DNA from: an uncultured Pseudomonadales bacterium
GTDB lineage: Bacteria > Patescibacteriota > Microgenomatia > UBA1400 > PJMF01
Direction of reading: 5' to 3'
NCBI GenBank assembly: GCA_964457085.1
Contig: CAYWDM010000001.1
Location: 178,914 to 242,913 of the forward strand
Length of the DNA: 64,000 nucleotides
The position numbers and the translations under genes are program-made. The notes under the pieces were generated by a model, which did not search any database, was not told the DNA's origin, and saw only the letters and a list, made by a program, of their open reading frames with translations. This document shows positions 59,041 through 64,000 of the stretch, piece after piece (within the stretch, counting starts at the first letter, position 1; each line of letters starts with the position of its first letter).

Positions 59041-60192
59041 ATGCCTAGTTATTTCATACATACTTTCGGCTGCCAAGCAAATAAAAGCGACAGTGAGCGC
59101 ATCGCCGGTGATTATCATGCTCGTGGATATACTGAAGCTAAAAACTGGCAAAGCTGTGACGATTTGGTGGTAAATACTTGTGCTATCCGAAAAAGTGCCG
59201 AAGACCGTGCTCGGGCTTTTTTGCACAAAGTGGTGCTGTACTGTAATGAAGTGGGAAAGAGACGACCAAAAATAATTTTTACTGGCTGTATGCTGCACTA
59301 TGGTCAAGCAAGGATCAGAGAAATGCTGCCAATGGTCGATGAGATTTTGCCAGTTAACGAAGTTGGCTTTAATATTAGTGCCATTCGCACCGATAAACAC
59401 CATGCTTGGGTACCAATTTCTCAGGGCTGCAACTCATACTGCACTTACTGCATCGTGCCATATTCTCGAGGTCGTGAAAAATCTCGCGGTCGTGAGGAAA
59501 TTTTGGCAGAAGTTGCAAAACTCGCTGAAGAAGGCTATAGCGAAATCACCTTAATTGGTCAGAATGTTAATTCCTGGGGCTTGGAAAAAATGGGTATCAG
59601 TTTTCGTAAAATGTTGATGGATAATGAAAAGTTCACTCGCGAAGATTTGCCAACTAATCAATCTCAATACCTCAAACCAACGGGCACACCTCCCTTTGTG
59701 GAGCTCTTACAAGCTATTAGCACTTTTCCAGAAATCAAGAAAATTAGATTTTTAAGTAGTAATCCGTGGGATTTCCACGATGAGTTAATCGCAGAAATTG
59801 GTCGTAACAAGAAAATTGATCGCTATGTGCATTTACCCATCCAAAGTGGCAGCAACAGCGTGCTGCATCGAATGAATCGGGGATACACTGCCGAAAGTTA
59901 CCTTGAAATTGTTGATAAACTCAGAGCCGTAGATCCAGAAATCGTGATTGGAACCGATATTGTGGTTGGCTTTGGTGGGGAAACAGACGAAGAATTCCAA
60001 GAAACCGTTGATGTAGCTTTAAAAGCAAAATGGAATCTAGGGTTTGTGGCCATGTATTCTCCAAGAGCAGGGACTGCCTCCTGGAAACTCTACCCTGATA
60101 ACATCCCATACAAAGTCAAGAAGCACCGATGGGAAATACTCGACCAAATTATCAATAAAGATAATTTATCGATTCGAGCAAAAGTTGTCTAA
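59041..60192 (+). CDS. miaB: Radical-SAM methylthiotransferase (MiaB/RimO family), apparently lacking a C-terminal TRAM domain
   Basis: The N-terminal MTTase domain has Cys residues in FGCQAN and the radical-SAM CxxxCxxC motif (GCNSYCTYC). It lies next to miaA. Confidence 0.8.
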   Translation: MPSYFIHTFGCQANKSDSERIAGDYHARGYTEAKNWQSCDDLVVNTCAIRKSAEDRARAFLHKVVLYCNEVGKRRPKIIFTGCMLHYGQARIREMLPMVDEILPVNEVGFNISAIRTDKHHAWVPISQGCNSYCTYCIVPYSRGREKSRGREEILAEVAKLAEEGYSEITLIGQNVNSWGLEKMGISFRKMLMDNEKFTREDLPTNQSQYLKPTGTPPFVELLQAISTFPEIKKIRFLSSNPWDFHDELIAEIGRNKKIDRYVHLPIQSGSNSVLHRMNRGYTAESYLEIVDKLRAVDPEIVIGTDIVVGFGGETDEEFQETVDVALKAKWNLGFVAMYSPRAGTASWKLYPDNIPYKVKKHRWEILDQIINKDNLSIRAKVV

Positions 60193-60213
60193 CTAACTCC
60201 ATTCAACAAAAAA

Positions 60214-60477
60214 TTATTTGTCGCCGTCTTTACAGCAACAGCCACCATTGCCACCGCAACAGCCATCTTCTTCTTCCTCATCAGTCAAGACTTCTTCTCG
60301 TGTGCCATCCTCATCATATTGATACAAGTTGGTCACATCCTCAGTCAGAGTTTTTTTATGTGATTGATCACAGTAAGGAAAATTTTTACTCAAACCGCAA
60401 GTGCAGATATCCTTATCGCCATCTACTGCTTTAAATTTTACTGGGCCAGTGCCTGATAAGATTACTATTCTCGACAT
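60214..60477 (-). CDS. CDGSH-type iron-sulfur domain protein with an acidic linker and a poly-Cys/Gly C-terminal tail
   Basis: CTCGLSKNFPYCDQSH matches the CDGSH zinc-finger pattern C-x-C-x2-S-x3-P-x-C-D-x-S-H. The tail reads EEEEDGCCGGNGGCCCKDGDK. The ATG at 60477 has a GGAGG RBS; the track start is 60501. Confidence 0.65.
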   Translation of the reverse strand: MSRIVILSGTGPVKFKAVDGDKDICTCGLSKNFPYCDQSHKKTLTEDVTNLYQYDEDGTREEVLTDEEEEDGCCGGNGGCCCKDGDK

Positions 60478-60507
60478 AATGTACCTCCGATATAATACCA
60501 ATACCTG

Positions 60508-61536
60508 ATGGCATTATCTCACACTCCTACTAAACCACTGGTGATCGCAATTGTCGGCACTACAGCAAGTGGCAAAACCGCACTTGCAACTACATTAGCG
60601 ACTGAACTGGCTGCTCGATTTCCAGATAGTTTTTCGGGGTTTGATTTCATAAGTGCTGATTCTAGACAGGTGTATCAAGGTCTCGAAATTACCACTGGTG
60701 CTGAAATTCCAGCTACCTGCACTCAAAAAAGTGATGCTAACTTTTCGTACACATTTTTTGAACAACAACTAACTGAAACCACATCTCTGAGATGGCATGG
60801 GCTTGGCATTATTCCGCCCACTGCGTCGTGGTCAGTGGCTGAGTTCACTGTTTTAGCCCAAGAAGTCATCCCACAAGCAACCGCCCAGAAAAGACTGGTG
60901 TTTGTGATCGGTGGCACTGGTCTCTATCAGCAAGCAGTTAGTAGCACATCGCTTCAAGATGTATTTATCAAACCAAATCTTGAAATTAGAGCTAAAGCAG
61001 AAAAACTCACTGTTTCTGAACTGCAGCAGTGGCTCAACTCAATTAGTCCTGAGACTCTCACTGGTCTAAACCAATCAGACTGTCTTAACCCAAGAAGACT
61101 CATTCGCCATATAGAAAAAATTGAGTCCAAAAAAAATCAACCAACGACTATCAAACCAACGCAACCACTCGGATACGAACTACATACATTTGGAATCACA
61201 CAGTCTGAACTAGACATACTAGCCGAGAAAATTTTAAAGCGCGTGCGACAAAGAATAGAGCTTGGGGCTCTACAAGAAGTTGGAGAACTTGACTTTACAA
61301 AACTTGATGCTCAAGCTCGGACCACTCTTGGCCTACGCGAAATTAAAGGTTTTCTGGAAAGCCAATATGACCTACATGCACTCGAGCAAATCTGGACACT
61401 ACACGAAAAACAATACGCCAAACGCCAACTTACTTGGTGGAAAAAACAACCAAATATCCAGTGGCTCAACGCTGTAGCAGCAAAAAATATTGATGGACTT
61501 GTCAACCAAATTGTCGAGATGACAGGAGTGACTTAA
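60508..61536 (+). CDS. miaA: tRNA dimethylallyltransferase
   Basis: It has the P-loop IVGTTASGKTALA and the ISADSRQVYQGLEITTG motif. Confidence 0.9.
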   Translation: MALSHTPTKPLVIAIVGTTASGKTALATTLATELAARFPDSFSGFDFISADSRQVYQGLEITTGAEIPATCTQKSDANFSYTFFEQQLTETTSLRWHGLGIIPPTASWSVAEFTVLAQEVIPQATAQKRLVFVIGGTGLYQQAVSSTSLQDVFIKPNLEIRAKAEKLTVSELQQWLNSISPETLTGLNQSDCLNPRRLIRHIEKIESKKNQPTTIKPTQPLGYELHTFGITQSELDILAEKILKRVRQRIELGALQEVGELDFTKLDAQARTTLGLREIKGFLESQYDLHALEQIWTLHEKQYAKRQLTWWKKQPNIQWLNAVAAKNIDGLVNQIVEMTGVT

Positions 61537-61553
61537 ACCTTTATACTCAAGAT

Positions 61554-62579
61554 ATGTTTGATTTTCTCAAGCCAAAAACCGAACACAAAGTTGTTGTTTC
61601 CTCTTCAATTGTCATTTTTACGGTGTTCTTTCTATTGAGTCTGTATTTTGTGTACCAGATTATCCCTATCCTAGTACTGCTTTTCTTGGCATTTATTATT
61701 ATGGTGGCCCTTAATCCTGCGGTAAATAAGATTCAGCAAAAACTGAGAACTCCTAGAATTTTGGCAATTGTTTTAGCATATGTGCTGTTTTTAAGCTTAC
61801 TGGCTGGCACCATCAGTCTGTTACTACCACCATTAGTAGTACAAGTGGGTCAATTATTGAAGTTGCTCGACACCCCATACATTCAAACTCATATTGCTGA
61901 CCTCAAGCTTACAGTCACAGAAATCGGCGACTTGGTCAATAAATTTGGTGGACCCGTCAACTTTGTCTTTTCTGCAGTGACTTCAACTTTTTCCAGTGTT
62001 TTCACATTCTTCACCTTGATGGTAATGTCGTTTTACCTGATGATGGACCGGCCAATGCTCTATAAAAAAATTGCTTGGTTTACCAGAAAGAAAGAATATC
62101 ACGAGATGGCCCGTCAACTGTTAGACGACATCGAGAAACAACTGGGTGGCTGGGTTAGAGGAGAACTGATTTTAATGACTGTTATCGGAGCAATGACGTA
62201 CATCGGCCTGTCGCTAATGGGCATTCCTTATGCACTACCACTCGCTATCTTTGCTGGTTGTCTTGAAATTCTGCCAAATCTAGGACCAACTATTGCGGCA
62301 GTTCCCGCCATCGCAATTGCATTATTCCAAAATGATCCAGTAATTGCCGTTGCCGTCTTGATTTTGTATGTTGTGATTCAACAACTCGAAAATAATTTCA
62401 TCGTTCCAAAAGTCATGAAGGAAAATGCTGACGTGAATCCACTCGTTGGTATATTAACTATCTTGATTGGTGCCAAGCTATATGGCATTTTTGGGGCACT
62501 ACTTGCTGTGCCAATGTATATCGTGCTGCGTTCGTGTTACAGCATGTACTTAAAACATCAACCCACAGAAGAAGCATGA
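61554..62579 (+). CDS. AI-2E family transporter (PerM/UPF0118)
   Basis: 341 aa with 8 TM helices. The conserved LEILPNLGP region is present. Confidence 0.8.
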   Translation: MFDFLKPKTEHKVVVSSSIVIFTVFFLLSLYFVYQIIPILVLLFLAFIIMVALNPAVNKIQQKLRTPRILAIVLAYVLFLSLLAGTISLLLPPLVVQVGQLLKLLDTPYIQTHIADLKLTVTEIGDLVNKFGGPVNFVFSAVTSTFSSVFTFFTLMVMSFYLMMDRPMLYKKIAWFTRKKEYHEMARQLLDDIEKQLGGWVRGELILMTVIGAMTYIGLSLMGIPYALPLAIFAGCLEILPNLGPTIAAVPAIAIALFQNDPVIAVAVLILYVVIQQLENNFIVPKVMKENADVNPLVGILTILIGAKLYGIFGALLAVPMYIVLRSCYSMYLKHQPTEEA

Positions 62580-62603
62580 GCTGCTGTCAATCGATTCGAA
62601 AAA

Positions 62604-62828
62604 TTATCGTTGATTTTTTTCCACTGCCTCTTGCCAAGCACTGACAACTTGCTGGTATTCTTCTTGGCTCATTTTTCTGACCACAACGCCCATCTGCACC
62701 ATCACGATGTCGCCAATCTGCACCTCAAATTCTCCCACCAAGGCTTTGTTAGTGATATTGCCAGGATATGAAACCATGCACAAACCCTTCTCATTGCTTA
62801 CTACCTCACCAGGTATAGCCAAACACAT
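62604..62828 (-). CDS. hypC: Hydrogenase maturation factor HypC/HupF
   Basis: 74 aa. The N-terminal MCLAIPGEV has the HypC signature Cys2. Confidence 0.8.
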   Translation of the reverse strand: MCLAIPGEVVSNEKGLCMVSYPGNITNKALVGEFEVQIGDIVMVQMGVVVRKMSQEEYQQVVSAWQEAVEKNQR

Positions 62829-62903
62829 AAAAACCCTTCCTTGTCATCTTCAGACCAATAATCCATAATGATTTTGTAATCTCACAAAGTATACCCTCAG
62901 TCC

Positions 62904-63407
62904 ATGGAAGAATCTATCAAACCAAAAAAATTAGCAATCGGCTGGTTCTCATTCACCTGTTGTGAAGACAGTACCATTCTTTTTTCAGAGTTACTCAATA
63001 AAAATTTTGATGCTTGGACCAAACTTGTGGAGTTTAGACATGTGCACACTTTAAAAACAAATAACACCCTAGAAGGACTTGATGTGGCCTTCATTGAAGG
63101 TGCAGTGTCTTCCGACATCCAAGCAAAGAAAGTTATTGAGATTAGGGAACATGCAAAATATGTAGTTGCAATCGGTTCTTGTGCTTGCACAGGCAAACCC
63201 TCTGCTAGTCGTGATGAGTTCACACCAGATCAAATCACCGAGAGAATTCAGTGGTATCTATCCCAATTCGATTACTCAGAAAAAACCAGAAAACTTGATG
63301 AGGTTATAAAAGTTGACGACGTGGTTATGGGCTGCCCCATGAATGCAAAAACATTTACAGCTGTGCTCACTAAATATCTGAAACTTTTTGAAATCATTAA
63401 GGAATAG
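62904..63407 (+). CDS. [NiFe]-hydrogenase small (NuoB-like, FeS) subunit, group 3-like
   Basis: 167 aa. LAIGWFSFTCCEDS and GSCACTG are proximal-cluster Cys ligands of the Oxidored_q6 fold. Confidence 0.7.
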   Translation: MEESIKPKKLAIGWFSFTCCEDSTILFSELLNKNFDAWTKLVEFRHVHTLKTNNTLEGLDVAFIEGAVSSDIQAKKVIEIREHAKYVVAIGSCACTGKPSASRDEFTPDQITERIQWYLSQFDYSEKTRKLDEVIKVDDVVMGCPMNAKTFTAVLTKYLKLFEIIKE

Positions 63408-63409
63408 GC

Positions 63410-64000
63410 ATGCATACCGGCGACATTACCATTGAACATATTACAAAAATCGAGGGAAGTGCGGGACTTGAAGTTAAAGTCGCAGATGGAAAGGTTACCG
63501 ACCTTAAATTTCTGATTAAAGATTATCGCCGTTTTTATACTACTGCTGTACAGGGCAAACCATTACTTGCGGTGCCATCTTTCCTATCAAGAATCTGCGG
63601 CACTTGTTCGGTATCACATTTATTTGCCTCAATCGAAGCCATTGAAAAAACCCAAGGAATCATACCTTCCACTCAAACCATGCAACTGCGTCGTTTGGGA
63701 TACGACTCGTTGATGATTCGAGATCATGCACTACATCTTTATTTCTTCGTACTGCCAGATGTCTTAGGCATCGACTCTATCCTAGACATCTCAGATGAAG
63801 TTGGCGACTTTGGTCACACACTACTGCATGATTCATTTGACATTAAGCAACTAGGTTCGGACATTTCAGAAGCAATTATTGGGGCAGCAATTCACGCACC
63901 ATTTCCAACAGTTGGAGGGTTCTTAAAGCTACCAGACACTACAAAATTTAGTGAATTAATCGATAGGCTTGAAAAAATTCGTCCTCAAGTAATTCGCGGC
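63410..64000 (+). CDS. [NiFe]-hydrogenase large subunit, N-terminal part (runs off the window end)
   Basis: The ATG at 63410 is followed by RICGTCSVSH, the N-terminal Ni-binding CxxC (L1) motif. The reading frame stays open to nt 64000. Confidence 0.8.
   Translation, partial: MHTGDITIEHITKIEGSAGLEVKVADGKVTDLKFLIKDYRRFYTTAVQGKPLLAVPSFLSRICGTCSVSHLFASIEAIEKTQGIIPSTQTMQLRRLGYDSLMIRDHALHLYFFVLPDVLGIDSILDISDEVGDFGHTLLHDSFDIKQLGSDISEAIIGAAIHAPFPTVGGFLKLPDTTKFSELIDRLEKIRPQVIRG

Overview
This window looks like a low-GC (about 40%), gene-dense piece of a small bacterial chromosome. Several features point to a reduced-genome, fermentative bacterium, plausibly a Patescibacteria/CPR-like lineage. They are short intergenic spacers, many 4-nt gene overlaps, tRNA genes with no encoded CCA, a minimal F1Fo ATP synthase, lactate dehydrogenase, and a [NiFe]-hydrogenase. 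Standard genetic code 11 fits, because the long housekeeping ORFs are intact.

The core gene content falls into these blocks:
- Start of window: ldh 3' end, mutM, secA, serS, lysS (with an extra C-terminal HD domain) and greA.
- A complete atpBEF-(short atpH)-AGDC operon.
- A block of HIT, MFS, EamA, several HAD phosphatases and SGNH hydrolases.
- efp, a hemerythrin, an orphan receiver domain, inositol monophosphatase, a GT2 glycosyltransferase and hypA-hypB.
- A pgm/pgi-pmi/eno glycolytic cluster.
- lexA, a PduO-type adenosyltransferase, pyrG, rplS and a YraN-like gene.
- A PIF1-family helicase, an M20 peptidase, xseAB, miaB-like, a CDGSH protein, miaA and an AI-2E transporter.
- hypC plus the small subunit and 5' part of the large subunit of a [NiFe]-hydrogenase at the end of the window.

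Five tRNA genes were found by eye: Lys-TTT, Gly-TCC, Leu-TAG, Glu-TTC and Cys-GCA. No rRNA or CRISPR array is present.

The most unusual structure is a family of short direct repeats that copy the 3' ends of tRNA-Lys, tRNA-Gly and tRNA-Glu and lie 100-1300 bp downstream of those genes. This resembles att-site scars of tRNA-targeting integrative elements. At tRNA-Glu there are two tandem modules, each made of a terminator hairpin, a tRNA 3' fragment and a paralogous small gene, followed by a small accessory islet containing a DUF4112 protein, a PIF1 helicase and membrane proteins.

Other points worth a second look:
- A LysRS fused to a YqeK-like HD domain.
- A 73-aa remnant of the ATP synthase delta subunit.
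- A signal-peptide ORF joined to a downstream ORF through an in-frame TGA.
- A CDGSH protein with a poly-Cys tail lying between miaB and miaA.
- A promoter-to-terminator unit of about 70 nt that may be a small RNA.
- Hydrogenase maturation genes split across 33 kb.

All calls are made by eye from the sequence and the ORF track. No searches were run.
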